Origin: Rhizaria sp. SCN 62-66 | Taxonomy: Eukaryota | Direction of reading: 5' to 3' | DNA length: 63,805 bases | NCBI GenBank assembly: GCA_001724265.1 | Contig: MEDY01000293.1 | Location: 1-63,805, forward strand | In this document: one piece after another, positions 30,387 to 41,900 of the stretch | Layout of the letters: every line of letters starts with the position of its first letter | Numbering within the stretch: the first letter of the stretch is position 1 | Program-made: the position numbers and the translations under genes | The notes under the pieces: generated by a model | The model's input: only the letters and a program-made list of their open reading frames with translations | Databases searched by the model: none | Told to the model about the DNA's origin: nothing

Positions 30387-33300
30387 TTACGCGGTCGCCT
30401 CCTCCTCCTCCTCATCCACGTTCTCCGGCTTCGCAGCGGGCTCCGCAGCAGCAGCGGCCTTGGCGGCGCGTGCGGCGGCGGCGGCTTGCTGCTGGCGCAT
30501 CTGCTCGGCGTAGGCCTGCGCGAGCGCATCGTCGCGCGCCTGCACGCGCACGCCCACCATGCCGTCGATCGTCGCCTCTAGCTCAGCCTCCCAGTCCCCG
30601 CCCGCCGCAGCAGCCTCGGCCCCAGCCTCGGCCCCGGCCTCAGCCTCGGCGGGCACGCTGGGCACGCGGGCGGCGCGGCGGCGCAGCGACTCGAGCTTCT
30701 GGTAGAAGGCCGTTGCCAGCGGGTCCTGCGCCTCGGCGCCGCCCACCCAGTGCTCGGCCACCATCGTCGGCGCCGCGAGCGTGCGCAGCAGCTCCGTCTG
30801 CAGCGTCGCCCACGTCGCCTTGCCGCGCGCCACGCGCTGCGCGTCCGTGTGCGCGCCCACGGCGTTGACCTCGGCCTCGACGGCGGCGCGGCGCTGCGTG
30901 GCGGCGGCGGCGCGCTCGGCAGCCGCGGCGGCAGCGGCCTCGGCCACGGCCACGGGGTCCTTGACGTTCTTACCGCCCTTGGCGCCGCCCTTGTTCTTGG
31001 CGGCGCCGCCCGCGATGGCGTCACTCTGCGCGGCCGTGGCGCGCGCGGCCTCGAGCGCGGCGACCGCGGCCTTGGCGGTCTCGGCGGCGGCGGCCTGCGC
31101 GGCGACGACCCGCTTGAGCTCGTCGACGGCGGCGTCGATAGCCTGCGCCTCCATCACCGTCGGCTCCTGCGCGCGGTCGATCGCGGTCATGTACTGGCGC
31201 ATCTGCGTCAGCCAGTACTGCGCGCGTGACTGCACGGGCGCGTGCTCCGCCGCCGCGGCCGGCCCAGCGGCGGCGCGGTAGCGGGAGATAAAGGTGGCAA
31301 CGCGCGCGACGAGCGCGGCGGCGCCGGGGATCTCGCCGAGCGCGAGGCGGCCCAGCGCCAGCACTAGCTGCATCTGCAGCGCGTGCAGCGGCGCCGACGT
31401 CGCAGCAAACGCGGCCAGCGCGCGCGTCAGCTCCTCGACCTCACGCGGGTGCGTCGCCGCGCAAGGCAGCGCCAGGAGCAGCTTGTTGGCCAGCGCGGCG
31501 ACCGCGGCGGGCGACCAGAGGCCTTCGCGCGGCGCCACGGAGCCGGCGATAAGGAGAGCCTTGTTCAGGTTCAGCGCGGCCACGCGTGCGAAGCCCGCCG
31601 CGGCGCTGGCGCGGGCGACATCGCAGTGCGCCGCGAAGGTGCGCGCGTCATCCTTACCGAAGCGGCGCTGCGCGATGGCCAGGGCCGCCGCGGCCGAGCT
31701 CAGCGCGGCCTCGATCGGCGTGTAAGCGTCAAGCGGCGGCGCGAGCGCGAGCGCGACGAGCTGGCGGTGCAGCGGGTACAAAGCGGCCGCCGTCGAGTCC
31801 TCAGTCACAGCCACGGTGTTGATGGCGAGGCGAACCAGCTCCATCGCCGTCTCGGCGTCGCCCTCGGTGCCGCGGCCCTGGCCGTCGCCCAGGCGCGAAA
31901 AGCACGGCAGCGAGCCCTCGGCGCACATGGCCGCGGACGTCGCGTACGTCGCGGCCAGCGTGCCGGGCGCGGCGGGCGCCAGCACCACGGGGTGCAGCCC
32001 GGTAACGTGCTCGGCCGCGAACGGCAGGGCGGCTTTTTGCTCCAGAGTCAGCGCCACAGCCTCGGCCTCGGCGGCCTCCGCGGCGGCCTTGGCGGCGGCG
32101 GCAGCGGCCTTGGCAGCCTTGGGCCCCTTGGCGCCCTTGACCACCAGGGTCTTGGTCTCGGGCGCGCCCGTCAGCAGCGCGGCGCGAGTTACACGCGCCG
32201 AGTCGAGCTCAATGCCGGTCGCCAGACAGACCGCACGCAGCAGGCTCACACGCTCCTGGAAGCCCCACGCAGCGGCGGCGCTGTCTCCGGCCGCAGCGGC
32301 GGCGTCGGCGTCAGCGACAGCGGTCGTCACAGTGGCAGCGGCGGTGGGCAGGACGAAGGGGAGTTCGGGCGCGAGCGCGCGCGCGGCGGTGCGGATGGCG
32401 GCCCACACGAACACGGGCGTGAAACGCAGGCGCTCAGTCTCGGCCGCCTCCTCCACGGTCTCCGTCTCCGCCTCGGTCTCCTCGCTGTCGGAACCCTTGT
32501 CGCCGAGCGCGGCGGCGGCGGCGGGGTCGCGCGCGGCAACGGCGGCTTCAAACGCGCGCAGCTCGCGCTTGTTGGCGCGCGCGAGGCGGGCCTCGGCGGC
32601 GGCCACAGCGGCCTCGGCTTCCTCGGCCGTCGCCCCTAGCGCCGCGCTGGCGGGTCCGACGAGCGCGTTGAGCGCACGCGCAGCCACGGCCGCGGGCGTC
32701 CAGTGCTCTGCGCCGCTCTGCTCAGCAGCGCTGCCGTTGGCGGCGGCCATGGCGGCGGCGGCGTCCCCGCGCACGACGGCGGCGGCGAGCGCGGCGGCGG
32801 CGGCGGCGGCGCGGTCGCGGCCGCGGGTCAGCAGATCGTTGACCACGGAGGCGGCGGCGCGCGCAGCGACGGCCTGCTTGAGCAGCGCGATGAGGTATAC
32901 AAGCGCGGCAGCCGCGGGGGGCGCGGCGGGCCGCTCGGCCGTAGCGCCCTGTGCTGCCAGCGCGGCGGCGTCCGTGAGCGCCTTCTCGGCGGCGGCGGCT
33001 ACGCGCGGCGCATAGTGCAATGAGAGCCCGCGCGCGTGGAGGCGCGCGACGAGGTCGTCGCAGTCGAGCGGCGCGAGCGCGCCCGTGGTGACGTCCTCGA
33101 CGAAGCGCGGCACGGCCTCCTCGGCCAGGAACGCCGCCGCGTCCGAGAGTAGCGCGGTGTCGGCGGCGGCGTCCTCGGCGCTGTCGGCCAGCGTGCAGCC
33201 CACGGCCGCGGCCGCGCCGCCCGCGTCGGCGTTGAAGCCGCGCGCGGCGAGCGTCTCGGCAGTGTAGAGCGCGTCCGTCTCGGCCTCGAGCGCACGCAGT

Positions 33301-36257
33301 GCCGCCTGCGCCTCGGCCGAGGCCTGCTGCAGCTGCGCAGCCAGCTCGGCCGTGGCGACGCGCACGGCCTCGTTGACGCCCGTGCTCAGCGCCGCGACTT
33401 CGGGCGCGTTGACGTCGGCCTCGCCTTTGGACACCGAGGCCAGCAGCGCGCTGCGGGCGGGGTCGGCGGCCAGATACGCGTCGCGCGCGGCGGCCGCGGC
33501 GGCGTCGAGCTCGCTGCGCAGAGCGTCGATGCGGGTCATCGCGGCCTCCTGCTTGTCGGCGACGGCGCGCTTGTACGCGCGCGTCTGCGCGAAGAGTGAG
33601 AGCGCCTCGGGCCGCAGCACGGCCGACGGCGCCGCGGCCGGGGACGGGAAGTTGGTGTCGCGAGGCAGCGCGCGCGCGACGTCAAGCAGGTACACGCGCT
33701 TGTCGGAGCCGCGCAGCGCCTTGCCCTCGACGCTCAGGAACACCTCAGTGCTGTTGCTCTTGGCCGCAGCGTCGCCGTCCTTGCCGTCGCTGGCGTCCGG
33801 CCGGGCCTGGGCGAGCACGCGGTGGCTGCGCAGGTGCAGTGCGCGCTGTACGGCCTGCAGCCCAGCGCGCGCGGCGGTGGCGGCGTCGGGCTCGGCGGCC
33901 AGCGCCGTCGCCAGGTCGGCGACTTCTGCGCCGCCGTCGATCGAGCCCGAGAGCACGGTGGTGGCGGCCTGGAAAATGCCCGGCACAGTCGACTGCGCCA
34001 ACACGCGCCGCCCGCGGTACGTCACCACCAGCGACGCCACGCACGCCACGCCCGCAGTCGCGGGCCCACCGGCGCCGGCGCGCGCGAGCGTCTCAAACGC
34101 GCGGACCTCGAGTTCGCAGAAGTCGGCCACGGCCGCGTCGCCGCCGCCGGGCGCGGAGCGCAGCCAGCCCTTGCCATCGACGCCCGAGGAGTAGAAGATG
34201 CCGTTGCGCAGGTAGATCTTGAGCTCGGTGGGGTCCGCTTCGTTGAGGCTCGCGACGGCGCCGTCAACGACGGCGACCGCGCCCGCGACGGCTGCAGAGA
34301 CGAACTCACCCAGTACGCGGGTCACGGCGCGCTCCTTGAGCAGCCGCTCAGTGACAGTGGTCTCGGGCAGCGCGAAGACCAGCGCGAGCTCGTCCTCCCA
34401 GCCGGGCGCCGCGACGCGCGCGGCCACGCTGTCGGCACGCGCGCTGCCGCCTACCGCGGCCAGCGCGGTGCGGCCCGCGGCGGGCAGCGAGGGCGCGAAC
34501 ACGCCGTCGGCCGGGCCCAGCGGCGCGCGCGGCGCGAAGGGGCTGGGCACGGCGACGGCGGCCGAGGCGGGCAGCGCGCCCGCGGCGGCCGCGGCGGAGG
34601 ATGCGTCGCCGCTCGAGCCGGCGCCGGAGACGACAATGGCGCCGTCCTTGCCGACGGTGGTGGTGACAGCGCCGCCCGTGGCGCCCAGCGCGAGCGCGGC
34701 GGCCGCGGGGGCGGGTGCCGCCCAGCAGCGCGCGCGCGGCAGCTCAGCGTAGTAGGCCGGGTGGCCGAAGCGGCGCGCAGACACGTGGCGCGCGAAGCCG
34801 GCGGCGTAGAATGGAGAGACGGAGGCCAGCAGCGCGTGGAGTGAGTGCGCGGCCGCGGCGCGGGGGCCGGAGGCGGGGGCCGGCGCGAAGCATCCGTCCG
34901 TGGAGGCGTTGACGTAGAAGCCGTACGTCGTCGCAGTCACACACAGCACATGCGCGGTCGCCGCAGAGGCGGCGGCGGCGGCGGCGGCCGAGGCGGGCAG
35001 CACGGCGGCTGCGGGGGCGGCGACCTTGACGGCGAAAGGCGCGGCGGCGGCGGCGGCGGCGGGCGGGAGACCGATCTCCCAGTAGCTCACGTCACCGGCG
35101 GCGGCGCGTGCGGCCGAGGGCGCAGAGGCGGCGGCGACGACTGCAGCGCGCACGGCGGGGGCCGCGGCCGAGAGCGTGAAGGTGCCGGCGGGTGCGATGA
35201 CGCCGAAGAAGTGCGTCGTGTCTGCGCCAGGATCCGCAGCGGCGGCAAAACCCGCGGGACCCATGGCACTCGCGAGGGCGGCGGCGGCGTCGGCGTCGGC
35301 GTAGGCGGTGAGCGCGACGGCCGAGAGGTCGTGCAGCGCGTCGGCAGGCAGGCCGGAGGGGTCTGAGGCCGCGAAGGGGCGCGCGGAGCGGAGGTACGCG
35401 GGCACAAACGGCACGGGCGCCGCGGCGCTGCTGCTGCTCGCGTCCTTCTTGTGGTCCTTCTTGTGGCCGTGGCTGTGGCCGTGGGCGTGGGCATGCTTGG
35501 CGGCGCCGGCGGGGGCGGACGCGTCGGGCGCCATGACGACGCCGGCGGCCGCGGCGGCGAGCAGCGTGCCCGCGGGCGCGGGGGCCGCGAGCGCGCGCTC
35601 CACGGCTTCGTACTCGTCGATGACCGAGTACTCGGCGTTGGCGCGCGCCGAGTCGGAGCACGCGCCCGGGACGGCGAGCAGCGCGTCAAGGCGGCGGATA
35701 TGCGCTGTCACGGCCGCCGCGGACGCGTAGAGGTCGGGCACGAGCGTCAGCGCGTGCGAGCGCGAGCGGCGCACGGCCGTCTCGGCGTCGTAGAGCGCGC
35801 GCATGGCCGTGTTGACGCGCTTGACTGCGGCGGCGTAGGCCTTGTCGTCGGGCGCAGTTGCGTTGTTTGACGCCGCGGCAGCCTGCACAGCGGCGAAGGC
35901 CTCGCGCGCGTCGGCGTAGACAGTGCGGGCGTCGGCAAGCACGGAGAGCACCTCAGACGTGGGCGCAAGCGGGACAAAGAACTGGGGCGCGATGAGGCAC
36001 AGCTCGGGCTGCTCGGCGAGCGAGACGCCCTGGTACTCGAAATGGTAGTTGGTCAGGTGCGCAGTGGTGGCGACGGAGAGCAGGTGCTCGCGGATGTCGG
36101 CCAGCGTGTCTGTCTCGCTGATCTCCACCAGCACGGGCACGGAGACGCCCGGGACGGAGATGGTGATGTCATGCAGCTGCTCCATGCCCAACGCGTCGAC
36201 CTCGGACGCGGGCGACACGGGCGAGCCCGGCGCGGCGGCATCGGCACCACTTGACAT
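30387..36257 (-). CDS. CLU1: Clustered-mitochondria protein (Clu1/clueless/CLUH), ~1956 aa, Ala-expanded
   Basis: CLU_N-like DTLADIREHLL...HLTNYHF. Clu core GDVSYWEI, VTATTYGFYVNAST, WEDEL..LPETTVTERLLKER..EFVSAAVAGA, IYLRNGIFYS, YRGRRVLAQSTVPGIF, EGKALRGSDKRVYLLD..PRDTNF, LRPE and PLD..LHARG. Degenerate TPR region. TAA stop. Confidence 0.88.
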   Translation of the reverse strand: MSSGADAAAPGSPVSPASEVDALGMEQLHDITISVPGVSVPVLVEISETDTLADIREHLLSVATTAHLTNYHFEYQGVSLAEQPELCLIAPQFFVPLAPTSEVLSVLADARTVYADAREAFAAVQAAAASNNATAPDDKAYAAAVKRVNTAMRALYDAETAVRRSRSHALTLVPDLYASAAAVTAHIRRLDALLAVPGACSDSARANAEYSVIDEYEAVERALAAPAPAGTLLAAAAAGVVMAPDASAPAGAAKHAHAHGHSHGHKKDHKKDASSSSAAAPVPFVPAYLRSARPFAASDPSGLPADALHDLSAVALTAYADADAAAALASAMGPAGFAAAADPGADTTHFFGVIAPAGTFTLSAAAPAVRAAVVAAASAPSAARAAAGDVSYWEIGLPPAAAAAAAPFAVKVAAPAAAVLPASAAAAAAASAATAHVLCVTATTYGFYVNASTDGCFAPAPASGPRAAAAHSLHALLASVSPFYAAGFARHVSARRFGHPAYYAELPRARCWAAPAPAAAALALGATGGAVTTTVGKDGAIVVSGAGSSGDASSAAAAAGALPASAAVAVPSPFAPRAPLGPADGVFAPSLPAAGRTALAAVGGSARADSVAARVAAPGWEDELALVFALPETTVTERLLKERAVTRVLGEFVSAAVAGAVAVVDGAVASLNEADPTELKIYLRNGIFYSSGVDGKGWLRSAPGGGDAAVADFCELEVRAFETLARAGAGGPATAGVACVASLVVTYRGRRVLAQSTVPGIFQAATTVLSGSIDGGAEVADLATALAAEPDAATAARAGLQAVQRALHLRSHRVLAQARPDASDGKDGDAAAKSNSTEVFLSVEGKALRGSDKRVYLLDVARALPRDTNFPSPAAAPSAVLRPEALSLFAQTRAYKRAVADKQEAAMTRIDALRSELDAAAAAARDAYLAADPARSALLASVSKGEADVNAPEVAALSTGVNEAVRVATAELAAQLQQASAEAQAALRALEAETDALYTAETLAARGFNADAGGAAAAVGCTLADSAEDAAADTALLSDAAAFLAEEAVPRFVEDVTTGALAPLDCDDLVARLHARGLSLHYAPRVAAAAEKALTDAAALAAQGATAERPAAPPAAAALVYLIALLKQAVAARAAASVVNDLLTRGRDRAAAAAAALAAAVVRGDAAAAMAAANGSAAEQSGAEHWTPAAVAARALNALVGPASAALGATAEEAEAAVAAAEARLARANKRELRAFEAAVAARDPAAAAALGDKGSDSEETEAETETVEEAAETERLRFTPVFVWAAIRTAARALAPELPFVLPTAAATVTTAVADADAAAAAGDSAAAAWGFQERVSLLRAVCLATGIELDSARVTRAALLTGAPETKTLVVKGAKGPKAAKAAAAAAKAAAEAAEAEAVALTLEQKAALPFAAEHVTGLHPVVLAPAAPGTLAATYATSAAMCAEGSLPCFSRLGDGQGRGTEGDAETAMELVRLAINTVAVTEDSTAAALYPLHRQLVALALAPPLDAYTPIEAALSSAAAALAIAQRRFGKDDARTFAAHCDVARASAAAGFARVAALNLNKALLIAGSVAPREGLWSPAAVAALANKLLLALPCAATHPREVEELTRALAAFAATSAPLHALQMQLVLALGRLALGEIPGAAALVARVATFISRYRAAAGPAAAAEHAPVQSRAQYWLTQMRQYMTAIDRAQEPTVMEAQAIDAAVDELKRVVAAQAAAAETAKAAVAALEAARATAAQSDAIAGGAAKNKGGAKGGKNVKDPVAVAEAAAAAAAERAAAATQRRAAVEAEVNAVGAHTDAQRVARGKATWATLQTELLRTLAAPTMVAEHWVGGAEAQDPLATAFYQKLESLRRRAARVPSVPAEAEAGAEAGAEAAAAGGDWEAELEATIDGMVGVRVQARDDALAQAYAEQMRQQQAAAAARAAKAAAAAEPAAKPENVDEEEEEATA

Positions 36258-37608
36258 TTGTCCTGCACGTGTACACACGCGATACAAGCAATGGGAGAAG
36301 TATTAAAAGAATGAGCAGATATGAAAACAATGTTTACTTCAAGATACAAGAACAGACGTGTTCTGGCAGCGTGCTGATACGTGCATCACACATCGTTTGC
36401 GAGGCCGCAGTTTCGACCCCTTCGCATCTCCGAGACCCTCTTCATCCGCTGTTCAACTTGACGCAAGTGTGAATCAATAATGGGTCGCGATGTATATAAA
36501 TGAATCTGATTGAATTGTTTCAGCATAGCATGAAGACACAATTATTCTTTGTTTTAAACTTGTTTATATCTTCGTAGCCCTTGTATTTCATGTTATATCC
36601 TGGAATACCTTGTTGGATCACCAATCGTTTTGTCACCTATCACACCTATACGCAGGCCTTGGGGGCCCATTATGCAACTAGTACACACTTTCTAGCGTAG
36701 AGTTCAGTGTTTCTAATCAGAAAAAGCGCCCTATAATCAAGAAAACAACTATTTCACATCGTTATATCGCGAAGTGCATCACAAGGGTCTTGTCACCCAT
36801 TGCAAATGATGGTCATAACAGGCCATAAACATCACTAATTTGCAGGAAAACATGTAATCACATGTCGCATGCGTATGCGCAGCATACAAAATAACATGAT
36901 GAGCTTGGATCAAACGAATAGTTTCACAAGGTATCCTTGCACGAGAGTTACGCTGCAATGAGTCTCACCATGTACGATCAAAATGGGTCTTAGTGTTTGG
37001 AAGGCAGAACAATATGACGATATATCATCAGTTATACAACATGGCATCTTGACACAAACGGGCTACTAAAGGCTGCTTAAAATAGTGCCCGTATCACGTC
37101 GCTTTACCACTTCAAGACACCATACCCTATGACCTAAGTCGAGCACAAAGGCATATGAGATGTCGACTGGTAAAAAATGAAACTTAGTGAAATAGGTAAA
37201 TCTAATTGAAAAACAACATATCCAAGATTCAGAGTCATAAGTCATTACCTTGCCTGGTTTTGATGCTCAGATGTGAGTTTCTCAGAGGACGCTGGTCGTT
37301 TGGTCACAGACTGCTGAGAGACCGTGAGAAGACCGGCGAAGTTAAGCCGCGCCAGTCGGTGGACTGAGGGACTTCTTTGCACGTCAATAGAGAGCGCCTG
37401 TCGCTATCAGATAACTTCACGCATTTATGAATATCACTGCAACTCGTTATTCTACTCTATAATTTCTTTGCGGATCTTCCAACGCTTTGTTTGGGCTCCA
37501 TCCGAAGGCTGCGATGATCGGGCTTGGAGCTTCGTCTCTCGACTTGCCTCGCCCGACTTCTCAGCCTTTGTGTGGGCTCTCTGCTGTCGTTCTCGTTTTT
37601 GTTTTGTT

Positions 37609-37665
37609 GTGAGTAGTTATCTCACTCGCTCCTCTTGTACATAATGTCTGCTACTGTCCTCACAG
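37609..37665 (+). other. Probable 5'-UTR intron (57 nt) ending immediately before the ATG of ATP synthase e
   Basis: GTGAGT donor, and a pyrimidine-rich CTGTCCTCACAG|ATG acceptor. Confidence 0.65.
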
Positions 37666-37863
37666 ATGCCCGCGTCCCCGCTCCTGACGGTCCTTCGTGT
37701 CGGCGGCCTCGTTGCCGGCCTTGCCTACGGCCACGCCCGCCTCTCCTACCTCCAGGGTAAGGAGGCTGCCAAGGATAAGGCTATCCACGCCGTCGAGGCT
37801 GCCAAGGCTGCTAACGCCGCTGCTGCTGGCACCCCTGCCCCCGTCAAGTCCGCTCACCACTAA
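37666..37863 (+). CDS. ATP5ME: Mitochondrial F1Fo ATP synthase subunit e (Tim11/Atp21), 65 aa
   Basis: SPLLTVLRVGGLVAGLAYGHARLSYLQGKE resembles the subunit e pattern SPL....RYSAL..G..YG..R..YL, with a GxxxG TM motif followed by a helical tail. Codon usage is strongly biased. TAA stop. Confidence 0.75.
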   Translation: MPASPLLTVLRVGGLVAGLAYGHARLSYLQGKEAAKDKAIHAVEAAKAANAAAAGTPAPVKSAHH

Positions 37864-38929
37864 ATGCCACAACCGACGTCTGTCCCTCGGCCGTCAGCTG
37901 CCGCTCCGATCTCACAGTGCTTGGCAGAGAACGTCTCACACGACACTCCCTGCCTCTGTGAGCGCGTGGCGGTTGTTGGCCACAGGCTTATGTGACTGTC
38001 GCGTTAGGAGACCTTGTGTCTCCTGCGTAACTGGTTAATTTATGCGCCTTTTCGCCCCCGTGCACTCGCTCTTAACGGCGCGAGCTTGCGGGGGGAGCAG
38101 CCACACAGCCCCTGTTTCCGTCCTTCCACTCTCCGCCTCCGCCCGCTGTGCTGCGCGCCATCGTCCTCATCCGACGCGGCGCGCTCTCTCTGTGTCCGCC
38201 CCTGCCGCGCCGACTGGGTAACGCCTTGTACGACGTTCACTTTTGTTTTACGCTCGGTCGGCCGGTTTGGGTTCTCAGAGATAGTGCACACAGCTCGGTG
38301 GTTGCGGTTGCAGAGGCTGTGCCTCACTAATTCGTCTTCCTGCGGTGCTGACACAGCCGTCAGTGCGTCTTTTTGCCGTTTGCAGAGCCGCTGGCGTGCC
38401 CATGGAGTCCCGCAGAAGTCATCCTCATCAACTCCACAACCTACTCAATTCTCGCGGGGAGCGCTTGTTCTTGCTGCTAAGTGCAGCGGGGCAGCGTTTC
38501 TTGGAATACATACTAAGTATCTTTTTTATATCACTGTTTTATTCACATAATATTCTGTCTTGCACCACCGATCTCTCTCTATTCTGAGCTTTCTGTGTTT
38601 TTGCGCTTTTTTCGCCGAAGATCTCATGTGGTGGGTGACGAAGCATAGGAGAGGCTTTGCTTAAAGTTCATATTCTCGACAATCATCTGTTGTTTAGTAG
38701 CCACTCTGTTGAAAAGCACCATCTTATACCTTTTCATACTATTTTCTAATTTTCTATTTCTTAACGCCTCTTTTCTCCTCATTTACTCGTTCAAAAGGCG
38801 TCTCTCTTCGGAACAGCCGACTCTTTGGTCTTTCGCCTTCCTCCTGGCCTCTCGTCGTCGTCGCCTTCCGCCGCTCGCAAGTCGCAGTCGCCCGACGACG
38901 CACGCCCTTGCGCCGCTCCTCCGCGCGAC

Positions 38930-41900
38930 ATGTTGCCGCCTGCCGCCGCCGCCGCCTGCGCGCTGCCCAAGCCGCGCGACGCGCTCAGTGGAGTGCACAA
39001 CAACTGCGCGCACCACGTTGCCCTGACACCCCCGTCGCCGGCGACGTTGCTGCACCACCACCACGGACCTCCCACGCCGCTCGCCGCGCCCGCCGCACCC
39101 CCTGCGCCCTCCTTTGGCGCAGCGTCTTTTCCCCCCCCGGCGCAGCCCACGCCCGCGTGTGCATCCGCAGCGGAGTGTCCGTTCCACCCTTCGCTGACAC
39201 CCGCGATGCCCGCCGCGCTGCCGCGCTCGCGCTTCGCGTGGCTGGGCTTCGTCTTCACGCCCTCGCACCTGGCCGCGCACTGCGGGCCCTGCGCCGCGGC
39301 CGCTCGGGCCCAGGTCCTCGTCCGCTGGGCCCTTATCGCGCTGCTGCTGCTGGGCGCCGGCGCGCTGGACCTGGCCCCGCCGATCTTCGCGCAGTTCGCG
39401 CACCCCGCGGACCTGCGCTACCACTACCCGTACAAGGTGGAGACGATTAGCTCGGTGCTGTGCGTTGTCATCGCGCTGCTGTGCCCCGCGGCGATGCTCG
39501 TGATGCCGCACGCGCGCCTCGTGCTCTGCGGCCGCCCCGCCTCCGCAGCACTGCACCACGATCACAACGATGATGAGATCTCTGCGAACGACGGCAGTGA
39601 GGGTAAGGACAACGGGGGCGACTCTGTCAGCGCCGCCGCCGTCGCCGCCCCCGCCGCTGCTGGCGTTGTTGCTGGCGCCGCTGTGGAGAGCGGGAGTGAG
39701 GCTGCGCGCAATGTCGCCGTTACTGGTACGTCGTCATTCGCTGCTTCTTCTAATACCAATAAGTCTGGCTCCAAGTCAAAGAAGGCCCGCGTGACCGTCG
39801 TGTCTCCGCTGTCTCCTCCCGAGTCGGAGTCCGTGTCCGCGCCCCTCTTGTCCTCGGCCTCCGCTCACCTCTCCTCTCCTTTCTCCCCAAATGCCCATGC
39901 AATCGCTGCCTCTGACCCTGACGCGACCGCAGCGCCTCTCACCGCCGCCTCGGCCTCGGCCTCCGCGTCAGCCGTGGCCTCGGCGCCCCCGCGCTACCCG
40001 CTGGCGGCCTCTATTGCTGCCGCGGCCGCGGTGACCGCCGCAGCGGCCGCGCTGCCCGCGCTGACGGGCTTCCTGGCCGACTCGGACGGCGTGCTGGGCC
40101 TGTGCACGGCGCTCGCACTCGCGACCTTCGCCACCACGCTGTTCAAGTCGCTCGCGGGCCGCCCGCGCCCCAACGCTGTCGCACTGTCACTGATGAAACA
40201 CGTAAAATCCGGGCAGCTCGAAAAGGCCGCCGAGCTGGCCCGCCGCGCCGCGCTGCCGTGGCCAGCCCACGCCGACGACGCCGCACCCGCCGCGCCGCAC
40301 GCCAGCGCCGGCGCGGGCGCGGCCTGGGGGCTGGCCCAATCCCACGCCGCCGGGCTCGTCCCCGCCTCGTACCTGCCGCTCCCGAACCTGCCCGCGCCCT
40401 CCCAGGCCGCGCTCTCGGCGACGTACGCGCGGGACTACGAGCCGCTGACTCTGTCGCCCTACTTTCACAACGCCACGCTGCGGTCCTTCCCCTCGGGCCA
40501 CTCGTCCTTCGTCTTCGCAGCTATGTGCTTTCTGGTCTGGGTGCTTTGGCGCCGGCATCTGGCACTGCATCGCACGCGCCTCGCGTTGCTGCTCGCCGCC
40601 GCCGCCGCCGTCGCAGAGGCCGACCACGGCGGCGCACATAGTACGGGGGCGGGGGCCGGCGCGTACCGGGCGCCGCAGCTGTTCTCCTGGGACGGCACTA
40701 GTGACGGCAACGGCGTGGGCAACGATGATGAGGACTTTTCCAACTTCAACAACGACGATCACAACGACGATGATAACGAAGACGCCGTCAATGGCGACAA
40801 CCTCGATGCGCTGTCCAGCGCTCGCGAGCGCCGCACCCACGGCGGCGGCAACAACGCCACAGGCAGCCTGAACAACAACGACAGCGGCAGCGGCAGTGGC
40901 AGCGGCAGCGCTTCCCCCATCTCCAGCTCTTCCTCGAGCGGTAGCAACCGTCGCTCTTCATCTTCCAACAGCACCGGCTCCGGCCCCCGCGCGGCCCTGT
41001 CGAGCTTCCCTCGCGTGCGCTGTGGCGCGGCCCTGCGCCACTGGTTCGCGCAACTGCTCTCTCCACTCTGGTGCTCGATGGCGCCGCCGCTGCCCGCGCC
41101 CGCCGCCGCCGCGGGCGCGCTGCGCGCCGGTGCGCTGCCGGCCTCCGCAGCGCTTCTCTGGACATCGCCGACCCACGCGCTGCACCTGGCTCCGCTGCTG
41201 CCCGCTCCCGCCACGACTGCGCCCGCGGCCACGGCGGCTGCGGCGGCGGCGGCGGCGGCCACGGCGGCTGCGGCGGCCGCGCTCGCACTAGCAACCATCT
41301 CTGGCTCTGGCGCTCCCACTGCGAGCGGCGACAGCTGCGGTGTGCCGCGGCTGCAGTTGGCCTCGCACGCCGTCGTTGGCGGCAGCCTCGGCACTGGCAA
41401 CGGCTGCGGCGCTGAGACCGCGAGCGAGACCGAGGCCGAGGCCAAGACCGCGGCCGAGGGCGGGGAGCGTCTGCGCAGTGACTCGGTGAGCCAAACCGCC
41501 GAGCTCGCCCGCATCCTCACGAGCAGCAACAACAGCAGCAGCACTGCCAACACTAGCTTCAGGAGCACCGGACACGCGAGTGCTGCGGTGTCTCAGAGCG
41601 AGGTGCTGATCCTCGTCGCGCGCGCGACCGCCGCCGCCGCGGCTGCCGCGGCCGCCGCCTCCGCCGCCGCCGTGGCCGCTGACTGCACGGCTACCGCGGC
41701 CCTCACCGCGACAGTCGTGGCCGCCGAGTCCGCCCTCAACTCGCACACGCACCCGCTTGCCGGGCTCGTTGTGACCGCGCCCTCCGCCGCGGCCGCGGCC
41801 GCCGCTGCCAATGCTGCCGCGGGCGCCGGCGCCGGCCCGGGCGCGGGCGCCTGCGTGGGCGTCGGCGGCGGCCGCATCAAGGTCACCACGGGCGCCGCTT

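Noticed and set aside
36893-36973. Possible box C/D snoRNA (ATGATGA with an ACATG/CATGT terminal stem)
   Set aside because: There is no CTGA box D next to the 3' stem and no recognisable rRNA guide. An Infernal or snoscan run would be needed.
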